A stretch of 64,000 nt of DNA from a bacterium. GTDB taxonomy: Bacteria; Bacteroidota; Ignavibacteria; Kapaibacteriales; Kapaibacteriaceae. The stretch lies in NCBI GenBank assembly GCA_036840065.1, contig DAITZZ010000006.1, positions 8,465 to 72,464 of the forward strand, written 5' to 3'. Shown here piece after piece: positions 20,855 to 29,506 of the stretch. Both the position numbers and the translations under genes were made by a program. Each line of letters begins with the position of its first letter. The first letter of the stretch is position 1. The notes beneath the pieces were generated by a model, which did no database searches, was not told the origin of the DNA, and saw only the letters and a program-made list of their open reading frames with translations.

Positions 20855-23497
20855 CTACAATCCTGTCTGCGCCAGATCACGTCGCGCAAAGGCCAGCGCA
20901 ACCCGCAGCACCGGCAGGTCCACATCACGGCGTAGATGCTCGCGAACATGGCGGATCTTGGCATAACGGTGGTAGCGAACATAGGTCAGAACTTCCTCAT
21001 ACAGGTCGTCGTCGACAAGCCCCGAACGTTCGATCCACGCATATCGTTCGATCGCGCGCTCGAGAGCATGCGAGGCAGCCGGAGGCGTCATGCCGAGCTC
21101 ATGAATGACATCGCTGAAACTGCGGCGATGACGACGCAGAACATTGAGAAGTTCCGTCGGCAATTCTTCCGGCTGTGCCGCGACGCTCGTAGACGCGTCC
21201 ACGGCGCGTATCGTGGTTAAAACCTCTGCGCCAAAGCGAGCAATGAAGTGGCCGCTTCCATGACGTCCCGGCACCAACCGTGCAAGTGACGTGGGCGCAT
21301 CGTCGGCGATACGCTGCAGCTCGTCATCGGTGACGAGCTGCAAGGGCGCAACCTCTGCATGGGTCGCAAGACGTTCACGCATGGCGTGCAAGGCATGCAG
21401 CCGTTCCCGCGAAGCCTCGTCCGTCTGCGACGCATTCGGGGCGGACGGTGGACGTATCCTGAGGTCCAGGGGGCGCTGCGGATCGATTAGCTGTCGCATC
21501 CCGTCATCGCTGGCGCCGATGGTCGGATAGATGTCGGCTGAGCGAACCAGCCATCCGCGGTTGAGCGCTTCGTCGATCGCCTCCAGCACTTCGGCCTTGC
21601 TGCGATCGGCAAAGGTCGACCATGAGGATGCGCGGTCGAGCCGGTACTGGCGTACCTTATCCGAGAGAACACCACGGATGACGTCGGCCACGACATGGCG
21701 TCCGAATCGCCCCCTGAGCTGCCACGAGACGTCGATGGCGGCGATGACAAGGGGCTGCTGACGTGGCGACAGTTCGGCGCTGCTGGGTGCTTGCAGACAC
21801 GAGCTGCATCGTCCGCAGCGAAGCAGGCCGGACGAATCGCCGAAATACGACAGGATGTAGTTCTGCTTGCACTGGCGCGTCTCGGCATACCCGATCATAA
21901 TGTCCAGCTTGCGCACCGCATGGGTACGCCGCTGATGGATCGATGAAAAGTCCACCGGCAGTTCAGACGGCAGCAGTCGCGGACCAACCACCACGACGCC
22001 CCCTCCCGACTGCGGAGGGCGGTAGCGTATCAGCTGAGCCATGTGCATGGCCGTAAGAGCGCCGGCAACTTCTGCCGGAGCAAGGTCTGTACGACGCAGT
22101 AGCTCACTCAGAGGAAGATCGATCTCTCTGCCGATCTCGAGATGACTCAGTAGGCGCACGATGAACTCAGCTGCCATGCGCCGCTCAGCAGGTGCTCGGC
22201 GGGCATACTCGCTCAGCCGGGCAGAAGTCGTGCGCAGCTGCACGCGAGCCTGTCCGTGCGAGGTCGTACGGATCAGCAATCCGGACCGCTCCAGTGCCAG
22301 AAGCGCACCGTTGATCACCGCTACCGAACAGTGTAGTTCTGCCGCGAGGCTATCGGCATCCGCCAGGATCGGATCGGTGCTGATGGCTCCCACCGGAGCA
22401 GACATACGACGCGTGATCGCCTCGTAGGTGGCGCAGATCTCGGCCGGCTCGGGATGCGTGCCGGAGATGAAGAAATCCATCAGACGCCGATCCTCGCGCT
22501 GATACAAGAGAATGCAGTCGGCCGGTTTACCGTCACGACCCGCTCTGCCGGCTTCCTGATAGTAGGCCTCGAGTGTAAGCGTCAGGTCCGTATGGACAAC
22601 ATGACGCACGTCGGACTTATCGATGCCCATACCGAAGGCATTTGTGGCAACCAGGACGCTACTTGCGCCGCTCAGGAATCGATCCTGCACGTCGCTTCGC
22701 TGCGAACCATCAAGGCCTGCATGGTATCCGAGGGCCGCGATGCCACGCTTGCGAAGCTCGTCGGCGATGGTCTCCACTCTTCGCCGTGAGCCCGCGTAGA
22801 TGATCGTGCTACCTTCGGGACGCTGTCGCACGAGCCGCGTGATGAACTCGATCTTTGATCCGGTATGCTCGACACGAAAGGTCAAGTTCGGACGATGAAA
22901 ACCGCGGACGATTTCGATGGGATCACGCAGGGCAAGCGAGGCCGCGATATCACGTCGCACATCCGGTGTAGCCGTTGCCGTCAGGGCAATAATCGGCAGA
23001 CGTGGACGCGTCTCGAAAATGGTCGAGATCTTCCGGTAGCTCGGACGGAAATCATGTCCCCACTCGCTGACGCAATGCGCCTCATCAACCGCGACAAGAC
23101 TCACCGGAACACTATGCAGCTTCATGCGAAACGCCGTCGACTCGAGCCGCTCGGGCGCAATGTAGAGCAGCCGAAGCGCGCCGGACATGGCCTGCCTGAT
23201 GATCGCGTCAATATGATCATCAGGAACCCCCGAGTGAATGCATGCCGCCGCAACTCCACGCTCGGCCAGACGCTGCGTCTGATCCTGCATAAGAGCAATA
23301 AGCGGTGAGATCACCAGTGTCGTGTGCGGAAAGAGCAGCGCCGGAATCTGATAGCACAGCGACTTGCCTCCGCCCGTCGGGAGGACTCCAAGCACATCAC
23401 GTCCCGAAAGAACCGCACGAATGATATCATCCTGTCCGCCCCTGAACTCGGGATGTCCGAACACGTCACGCAATATGGTCCGCGCACGTTCGAACAT
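20855..23497 (-). CDS. recQ: ATP-dependent DNA helicase RecQ (long form, 880 aa)
   Basis: FRGGQDDII, PTGGGKSLCYQ, DEAHCVSEWGHDFRPSY, the zinc-binding CGRCSSC, an HRDC-like block (VTDDELQRIADDAP) and about 150 further C-terminal residues. Confidence 0.9.
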   Translation of the reverse strand: MFERARTILRDVFGHPEFRGGQDDIIRAVLSGRDVLGVLPTGGGKSLCYQIPALLFPHTTLVISPLIALMQDQTQRLAERGVAAACIHSGVPDDHIDAIIRQAMSGALRLLYIAPERLESTAFRMKLHSVPVSLVAVDEAHCVSEWGHDFRPSYRKISTIFETRPRLPIIALTATATPDVRRDIAASLALRDPIEIVRGFHRPNLTFRVEHTGSKIEFITRLVRQRPEGSTIIYAGSRRRVETIADELRKRGIAALGYHAGLDGSQRSDVQDRFLSGASSVLVATNAFGMGIDKSDVRHVVHTDLTLTLEAYYQEAGRAGRDGKPADCILLYQREDRRLMDFFISGTHPEPAEICATYEAITRRMSAPVGAISTDPILADADSLAAELHCSVAVINGALLALERSGLLIRTTSHGQARVQLRTTSARLSEYARRAPAERRMAAEFIVRLLSHLEIGREIDLPLSELLRRTDLAPAEVAGALTAMHMAQLIRYRPPQSGGGVVVVGPRLLPSELPVDFSSIHQRRTHAVRKLDIMIGYAETRQCKQNYILSYFGDSSGLLRCGRCSSCLQAPSSAELSPRQQPLVIAAIDVSWQLRGRFGRHVVADVIRGVLSDKVRQYRLDRASSWSTFADRSKAEVLEAIDEALNRGWLVRSADIYPTIGASDDGMRQLIDPQRPLDLRIRPPSAPNASQTDEASRERLHALHAMRERLATHAEVAPLQLVTDDELQRIADDAPTSLARLVPGRHGSGHFIARFGAEVLTTIRAVDASTSVAAQPEELPTELLNVLRRHRRSFSDVIHELGMTPPAASHALERAIERYAWIERSGLVDDDLYEEVLTYVRYHRYAKIRHVREHLRRDVDLPVLRVALAFARRDLAQTGL

Positions 23498-23525
23498 GCA
23501 TCACACTCCTTCAGCGATGGCCACC

Positions 23526-24515
23526 TCAGGCCGTCGTGACGTGGCCGATGATGAAGGGGGCGGACTGGTGCGCCAGGCGCATGACCTCGTCAACTCGCTC
23601 GGGACTGACGATCATGATCATGCCGACACCGAGATTGAAGACGTGGCGCATTTCCTCGTCGGCAATATCACCGGCATGCTGCACAAGACGGAAGATCTCG
23701 GGGATGTTCCATGAGCCCCATTGCACCTCAAGTGCCTGTCCTTGCTGAAGCACGCGCGAGGTATTGCCGACGATGCCACCGCCGGTGATGTGCGACAGAG
23801 CGGAGATGAGTCCGGCATCGAGAAGGGGCTCAATGACGCGCAGGTACGATGCATGCACGGCCAGAAGAGCCTCACCGACCGTTGTGCCGAGTGCATCGAC
23901 GTATTGATCGGTGCGGTACGATGGGAAGAGGGCGGCCCGAGCCAAAGAAAAGCCATTCGTGTGCAGTCCCGTCGATGGAAGTCCTATAAGGACGTCTCCG
24001 GCTTTGACGTGCGCTCCATTGAGGATGCGCGACTTTTCAACGACGCCGACGATCGTGCCGGCCATGTCATAGTCGCCGTCCTTGTACAATGACGGCATTT
24101 CGGCTGTCTCGCCACCGAGCAACGCCGCACCGTTCTGCTGGCACGCCAAGGCAACGCCCTTGATAACATCACGGGCAACGCCACGCTCGAGTCGACCCGT
24201 TGCGAAGTAGTCCAGAAAGAACAGCGGGCGAGCTCCGCAAGCAAGGATGTCATTGACGCAGTGGTTGACCAGGCACTGTCCTACCGTGTCATGCTTGCCG
24301 GCCATGATGGCAACGTTCAGCTTGGTCCCTACACCGTCGGTGCTTGCCACCAGAACAGGATGCTCCATCCCGGGGAAACGAGCATCGAAAAGACCGCCAA
24401 AGAGGCCGATCTCACTCAATACGCCCGGCGTGCGCGTTGCCTTTACATATGGCTTGATGTCATCAACGAGTGCCTCGCCGGCCTCGATATCAACGCCTGC
24501 TGATTTGTAATCCAT
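23526..24515 (-). CDS. purM: phosphoribosylformylglycinamidine cyclo-ligase (AIR synthetase)
   Basis: MDYKSAGVDIEAGE, STDGVGTK, DYFATG and SHITGGG motifs. Confidence 0.92.
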   Translation of the reverse strand: MDYKSAGVDIEAGEALVDDIKPYVKATRTPGVLSEIGLFGGLFDARFPGMEHPVLVASTDGVGTKLNVAIMAGKHDTVGQCLVNHCVNDILACGARPLFFLDYFATGRLERGVARDVIKGVALACQQNGAALLGGETAEMPSLYKDGDYDMAGTIVGVVEKSRILNGAHVKAGDVLIGLPSTGLHTNGFSLARAALFPSYRTDQYVDALGTTVGEALLAVHASYLRVIEPLLDAGLISALSHITGGGIVGNTSRVLQQGQALEVQWGSWNIPEIFRLVQHAGDIADEEMRHVFNLGVGMIMIVSPERVDEVMRLAHQSAPFIIGHVTTA

Positions 24516-24548
24516 AGGTCAGGAAGTCTGCAAAAGTCCAGTTGCCGG

Positions 24549-25319
24549 CTATCGCACCGGCTCCCACTCATCTGACGACGAGCGTCCTCGGAAGATCACG
24601 CTCAGGCCGTTGCCGATCCATGAACGAATAGTTCGAAGATACCCAAACTTGCGGAACCGTCTGGGAGACTCGAATACGACCAGTTCCGGGGCATACTGCA
24701 CGCGGGCCATCATGCCGATTCGACCGAGAAGCTCGAAATCTTCTCCGGCAACAAGGTGTTTCTTGTAGCCTCCAACGGTGTTGAAGACGTCGCGCCGGAC
24801 AACCTGACACTCGCCCCTTCCAGAGCCTACACGAATAAAGCACAACGCCCGTGCGAGGTAGTTATAGAACCCCAGAAAAAGTACATCTCCGAGCCCCTCT
24901 TCATGTGGTTCAAAGCGCACCGGGCAGGCAAGGGCCGAAGCCCTCCCATACGGACCGCGGCGCATGGCAAGGTCCACGATCACGCGTGTGAACTCCTCCC
25001 GGTTGGCCGGGATGGTATCGCCGTTGATGAAGACAATGACCTTCCCTCGGGCTACGGCCGCGCCGCAGTTGCGTCCTTCGGCGATCGTCTGCCGATGATC
25101 AGCCGAATGGCGCACCACAATGTCGGCATGCCGCTGCGCGATCTCCAGCGTTCCATCAGTGCTCCCACCGTCGCTAACGATAAGCTCGGCCGAATTCGTC
25201 TTTCTCCACTCGTGGTCAAACACCATGAGCGTGCGTTCAAGAAGCTTCTCCTCCTGCAACGTCGGAACTACCACGCTTAGCAGGACCTCGTTCTGTGAGG
25301 CATGGGCGGCAGTTGTCAA
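24549..25319 (-). CDS. family 2 glycosyltransferase
   Basis: LSVVVPTLQEE near the N-terminus, SDGGSTDGT, and DxD-like NGDT. Confidence 0.8.
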   Translation of the reverse strand: MTTAAHASQNEVLLSVVVPTLQEEKLLERTLMVFDHEWRKTNSAELIVSDGGSTDGTLEIAQRHADIVVRHSADHRQTIAEGRNCGAAVARGKVIVFINGDTIPANREEFTRVIVDLAMRRGPYGRASALACPVRFEPHEEGLGDVLFLGFYNYLARALCFIRVGSGRGECQVVRRDVFNTVGGYKKHLVAGEDFELLGRIGMMARVQYAPELVVFESPRRFRKFGYLRTIRSWIGNGLSVIFRGRSSSDEWEPVR

Positions 25320-26296
25320 AACGGCACCACCACGGCAAAGGGGTAGAGAACGGCAAAGCGTACGCCCGAATCGGAGAACTCCAGCGTAGGCCCCGGCAGA
25401 CGGATGTAGTTCAGCGCCTGACGAACATAATTGAGCACACCGAAACTGGATTCAGGAATGATCTTCAGCCAGTCATAGTCGATCCCGATCATGGCCCTCG
25501 ACCGAACCGGCAGCAGGGGGCCGTCGGGAAGGCTACTGCGCACTTCATAGTCACGGCAGCCATAGCCGACGCTCAGGGTCATCCAATCCGGCCAGTATTC
25601 GGCCCACGTGCGCGGAAGCATGTTCTCGACGTTGAAGTTGAGCCAGAAGATGGTGCTGTTGTAGTCATCAAAAATGGTCAGGGGGCGCTCAGTGGTCATG
25701 CGCTCTCCTACCAGCCGACCCGGAACGTAGCTCCAGCGCGGGGTGACGTTTTGCAGGGCGGGGATAAGGTTGCGGGCTGCATAAAAGACGGCACCGGTGG
25801 TATTGGCGATCTGATCCGATGGAGAGAAGCCCCATGATGTGGCATAGCCATCCTGGATTTCCACGGTCGTCATGTAGGCAAGCCCGAGGGTGGCACCAAG
25901 CCACGACGAGGTCTCATAACTGAAGCCGCACTCCATGAGGGCATCGCCCATGATCGTGCTCATAGTGAACCCGGTAAAGAAGTGCCCGGCCTTGTCGACG
26001 TACCTGGCGTAGCCGCCGTCTTCCTGGATCTTAAAACTACCGCTGCGTTGCCACCACGAGTTTGACATTTGCGCCTGCAGCACAACAAACAGACCCGTGT
26101 ATGCTGCTCCGATCACCATTGTCGGCACGGCCTGCACTTGTGTAACCCGGCGCGGGGTGCTTCCGGTAAATGTATATCGAGGACGTCCGGCGTCGGTGAA
26201 CTCATCCCGAAACAGGTACAGCGAATCGGCCGGTAATGCCGAGGCCTTGGCAAGAGAACCCAGCAACAGTACTGCGATGCAGAGCTTACAGCGCAT
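25316..26296 (-). CDS. hypothetical secreted or outer-membrane protein (possibly DUF2279-like)
   Basis: Signal peptide MRCKLCIAVLLLGSLAKASA. The YVDKAGHFFTGF block recalls the DUF2279 lipoprotein family, but that assignment is from memory only. It overlaps its neighbours by 11 nt and 4 nt. Confidence 0.6.
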   Translation of the reverse strand: MRCKLCIAVLLLGSLAKASALPADSLYLFRDEFTDAGRPRYTFTGSTPRRVTQVQAVPTMVIGAAYTGLFVVLQAQMSNSWWQRSGSFKIQEDGGYARYVDKAGHFFTGFTMSTIMGDALMECGFSYETSSWLGATLGLAYMTTVEIQDGYATSWGFSPSDQIANTTGAVFYAARNLIPALQNVTPRWSYVPGRLVGERMTTERPLTIFDDYNSTIFWLNFNVENMLPRTWAEYWPDWMTLSVGYGCRDYEVRSSLPDGPLLPVRSRAMIGIDYDWLKIIPESSFGVLNYVRQALNYIRLPGPTLEFSDSGVRFAVLYPFAVVVPF

Positions 26297-27644
26297 CGAC
26301 CTGAATGCGCATGTTCACTACGCTCTTGTCGAGCAGCGCCGGGAAGTACGCCACGACGTCGCTCGGCTTGGGCCGTCCGCCCGAAAAGCCAGTCACACTC
26401 GGCGGACCGGTCAGGATCAATGGCGCGATCTCCTTGGAGAATGCTTCAACGGCCCGGCGGTCCCGTCCGCGCACACCGATACGCATCATGACCTCATTCG
26501 GCACGATCTGCGGCGCGATCGCACCATGACAGGCGTTCATGCCCACGAACTCAGTGCGCACTTCATCGAATTCAAGACCCAGCATGTCGAGACGCTCACG
26601 TAGAATTCGGTCAGCCACGGTTGCCTTTTCATATGCATCGGGGGCTGAGTATGTCAACGACCCAAATGCAACGTATCCATCAAGGTACGAGGCGCTGACC
26701 TTGTACGTGGGCGTGTAGGGACGGCCCTTGATGCCGAACACGCGGACGCGATCGTTGCCGAGATCTTCCAGCTGGATCGTCGAAAAGTCAGCAATACAGT
26801 CAGGTGTGATATACGCTGTCGGATCGCCGATCTCGTACATCAGCTGTTCGCTGACGGTTTCCCGGCTTACGCGTCCACCAGTGCCATCGTGCTTGGTCAC
26901 GACAAACGAGCCATCCGGATACGCCTCGATGATCGGGAATCCCACATCGGCCATGTTCGGTAGCGAGCGCCAGTCGCCGAGGAAATTGCCTCCTGTTGCC
27001 TGAGCACCGCATTCGTTGATATGTCCGGCCACGGTACCAGCAGCAAGAAGGTCCCAGTCCGACTCGCCCCATCCAAACTCGTGGATCATCGGTGCGAGAG
27101 TAAGTCCCGTGTCCGTCGTGCGACCGGTGATGATGATCTGCGCCCCCTGCCGGAGTGCCTCAACAACGGGCCACGCGCCGGTGTATACGTTAGCGCTCAG
27201 GAGCTTGTCCTTGACCTCCGCGATCGGCTGTCCGGTCTCCATGTGTCGTAGCTCATGTCCGGAATCGACGAGCGATGAAATCTCCGGCAGGATATCGTCA
27301 CCGAGAACCACACCCACCTTGAGTCCGGTGATTCCCAGGCGCCGCGCCACATCAAAGATGCGGTCACGCGCAGCCAGCGGGTTCACGCCGCCGCCGTTGG
27401 TGATCAGCGTGATGCCCTTCTGCATGATCATCGGCAGGATCTGCTCGCAGACATCGATCAGGTCCTTCGCATAACCAAGTTCAGGGTTTCGCATGCGCTG
27501 CTTCTGCAGGATCGACATGGTCACCTCGGCCAGATAGTCCATCACAAGGTAGTCGATCGGACCACGGGTGACTTGTTCGTAGGGGGCTTTCTGGAGGTCA
27601 CCCCAGAAGCCCTGACCGGAGGCGATGCGGATTGAAGGTTTCAT
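26286..27644 (-). CDS. AtuA-like (DUF1446, acyclic terpene utilisation family) protein
   Basis: 452 aa. The N-terminus IRIASGQGFWGDLQKAPYEQVTRGPIDYLVMDYLAEVTMSIL is characteristic of DUF1446. Confidence 0.8.
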   Translation of the reverse strand: MKPSIRIASGQGFWGDLQKAPYEQVTRGPIDYLVMDYLAEVTMSILQKQRMRNPELGYAKDLIDVCEQILPMIMQKGITLITNGGGVNPLAARDRIFDVARRLGITGLKVGVVLGDDILPEISSLVDSGHELRHMETGQPIAEVKDKLLSANVYTGAWPVVEALRQGAQIIITGRTTDTGLTLAPMIHEFGWGESDWDLLAAGTVAGHINECGAQATGGNFLGDWRSLPNMADVGFPIIEAYPDGSFVVTKHDGTGGRVSRETVSEQLMYEIGDPTAYITPDCIADFSTIQLEDLGNDRVRVFGIKGRPYTPTYKVSASYLDGYVAFGSLTYSAPDAYEKATVADRILRERLDMLGLEFDEVRTEFVGMNACHGAIAPQIVPNEVMMRIGVRGRDRRAVEAFSKEIAPLILTGPPSVTGFSGGRPKPSDVVAYFPALLDKSVVNMRIQVDAL

Positions 27645-27659
27645 GAAAGGTAGGCTATG

Positions 27660-28235
27660 TTATCTGATGCTGGCTGAGTGGTTGGATTGGATCGTAGCCG
27701 AGCTGGCAAGCCGAAGCCGTTGCTCGAGTCGAGCCCTCTGGAACGGGAAAATACGAAAGGCTACGGCCTCGCCCTGACCTTGCGTTACCCGCACAGTGGT
27801 CCAGAGCATGTTGCTGATCAGCTCGATACTTGTCATCTCTGCGTAGGGGATCACGATCGGCCCGGGACGCACGATCGGCCGGATGACGAGAGCAAGCGTA
27901 CGCAGACGCGTGCGCTGAAAGTGAAGACGCAGCAAGATCTGCGTCATCTGCACGCCCCCTACCAGCGGCAGCGCGTAGCGGAATACCGTGGGCGGTTCGA
28001 TGTTGTAGCAGATCAGCCCTACGATGACAGTCACCCCGATGCCGGCCAGCGAAAGCAGCACGCCCGGAGCGCTATAGAGCAGCATCAGGTCTTCACCGCT
28101 GAGCCGGCGACGCAGTTCCAGGTTGTCCAGGATCTGCCGAAACGCAAGAGCGCCAAAGAGCAACACACTGAAGGCAAAGGCCACGTAGGCTCCATGCTGC
28201 AGGACGATCCAGGGCTCGGGGTACGACATTGTCAT
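27660..28235 (-). CDS. hypothetical membrane protein (three predicted TM helices plus a soluble C-terminal domain)
   Basis: Hydrophobic segments AYVAFAFSVLLFGALAF, GVLLSLAGIGVTVIVGLICY and ALPLVGGVQMTQILL. No family recognised. Confidence 0.55.
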   Translation of the reverse strand: MTMSYPEPWIVLQHGAYVAFAFSVLLFGALAFRQILDNLELRRRLSGEDLMLLYSAPGVLLSLAGIGVTVIVGLICYNIEPPTVFRYALPLVGGVQMTQILLRLHFQRTRLRTLALVIRPIVRPGPIVIPYAEMTSIELISNMLWTTVRVTQGQGEAVAFRIFPFQRARLEQRLRLASSATIQSNHSASIR

Positions 28236-28323
28236 TTGTCCACAATTTTATGCTATTGGAGTGCGCTCTTTTGCATGATATTTGTGACGCACGAAATCTC
28301 ACACGAAGATCCATTTACGGGCC

Positions 28324-29364
28324 ATGGATCAACTCTCTCAACGGCTTGCCCACGAACGGGTTCGACGAGGACTTTCGACCTTCGATCTTGCAGAAAGAAC
28401 GAAGATACGCGAGCCGTACATCCAGGCCATCGAGAAGGCCTCCTACAACGTTCTGCCTGCCGTATACGTTCGCTCGTTTATCAGAACGATCGCCGCGGAA
28501 CTGGGTATTGCACCTAATGAGATCAACCGTCTCATCAGTCAATGCCTTGATGCAGATTCCGACTCTTCGATGCCGTCGTTCTCACAGCAACGCAGCGCCA
28601 CATCGGCGGCTTCATCAACATCGAAGGATCAACGCACCTCGGATTCGTCAGACCCTTTGACGCCGCTGCTCGAGGCGCTTCGAGCGTTTTGGTCGCGGGT
28701 CAACGTCGGCAGTGGTCGTTTCACACCGAGAACGATCTTGTTTGCTTCTATCGGTCTGATTGTCCTCATCTGCGTGGTCTGGTATCTCACCTCGCGCTCG
28801 GGGAATGGCTCTGCGACCGATGTCCCTGAAGAGATCGTCGACGTCACCGGTGCCGGCGTGGAAGACAGCCTTATCCTTTCGGCCGTATCATCGGACACCG
28901 CAGAGCTGACCATTACCATGGACGGAACACGGTATCAGAAGATCACGATGATGCCGGAGATCGAGCACCGATGGAGTGCGATGAAACGATTCACCGTCAG
29001 CAACATCTTCAACGCCGGTGCGATCCAGTTTTCTCGAGATGGACAGCCCCTTCCCCGCTACGGGAAAAGGGACGAAGTGCTGCGCGAGCTGGTGATCACC
29101 CGCACGGAGGTGATCGCATCGAATACCAGCACCAAGATGATCACCGCACCGGCTGATCCAGAACGTGCCCGTCGGGATTCGATCCGTGAGCAACAGCGTC
29201 GCGACTCTATCCGCATTCTGCGACGCCAGGAAAACCAGCGCCTTGCCCGCGAAAAGCGTGACAAACTCAAGGCGCGGTCTCGTCAGCAGCCCGCGTCGCC
29301 GATACAGCGGCCGCGGCAGCAGGAACAAACGATCACAAAGACGCCGCCACGGTCAATCCGCTAG
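28324..29364 (+). CDS. rodZ: RodZ-like cytoskeleton protein (HTH, TM, RodZ_C/DUF4115, basic tail)
   Basis: N-terminal Xre-type HTH (RRGLSTFDLAERTKIREPYIQAIE), one TM (ILFASIGLIVLICVVWYL), a DUF4115-like beta domain and an Arg-rich C-terminal tail. Confidence 0.7.
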   Translation: MDQLSQRLAHERVRRGLSTFDLAERTKIREPYIQAIEKASYNVLPAVYVRSFIRTIAAELGIAPNEINRLISQCLDADSDSSMPSFSQQRSATSAASSTSKDQRTSDSSDPLTPLLEALRAFWSRVNVGSGRFTPRTILFASIGLIVLICVVWYLTSRSGNGSATDVPEEIVDVTGAGVEDSLILSAVSSDTAELTITMDGTRYQKITMMPEIEHRWSAMKRFTVSNIFNAGAIQFSRDGQPLPRYGKRDEVLRELVITRTEVIASNTSTKMITAPADPERARRDSIREQQRRDSIRILRRQENQRLAREKRDKLKARSRQQPASPIQRPRQQEQTITKTPPRSIR

Positions 29365-29377
29365 TCGGCTCGTTCTG

Positions 29378-29477
29378 CTCCTACCCTGCCATCTGAGCGC
29401 GGACAACATCGTGCAGACGGATGACGCCAACAAGCTCTGAACCATTGATAACCGGGAGCACGCCGATGGCGCGGTGG
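29378..29477. repeat. 100-bp direct repeat, copy A (orphan copy of the kpsF 3' end)
   Basis: Hand-aligned and identical at 100/100 positions to 34182-34281. Confidence 0.95.
29381..29477 (-). pseudogene. orphan fragment equal to the last 31 codons and stop of kpsF (CBS-domain tail), with no start
   Basis: On the minus strand it encodes HRAIGVLPVINGSELVGVIRLHDVVRAQMAG*. It is preceded in frame by TAG TAA, so it cannot be translated as part of a larger ORF. Confidence 0.85.
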
Positions 29478-29506
29478 CCGCAAATGGTGCCATCAACTTC
29501 AGGTTA

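Noticed and set aside
27678-28517. 279-aa ORF on the + strand
   Set aside because: It is antisense to the membrane-protein gene and out of frame across the rodZ-like start. It has no signal or domain features. The rodZ-like HTH reading frame is clearly the real one from 28324.
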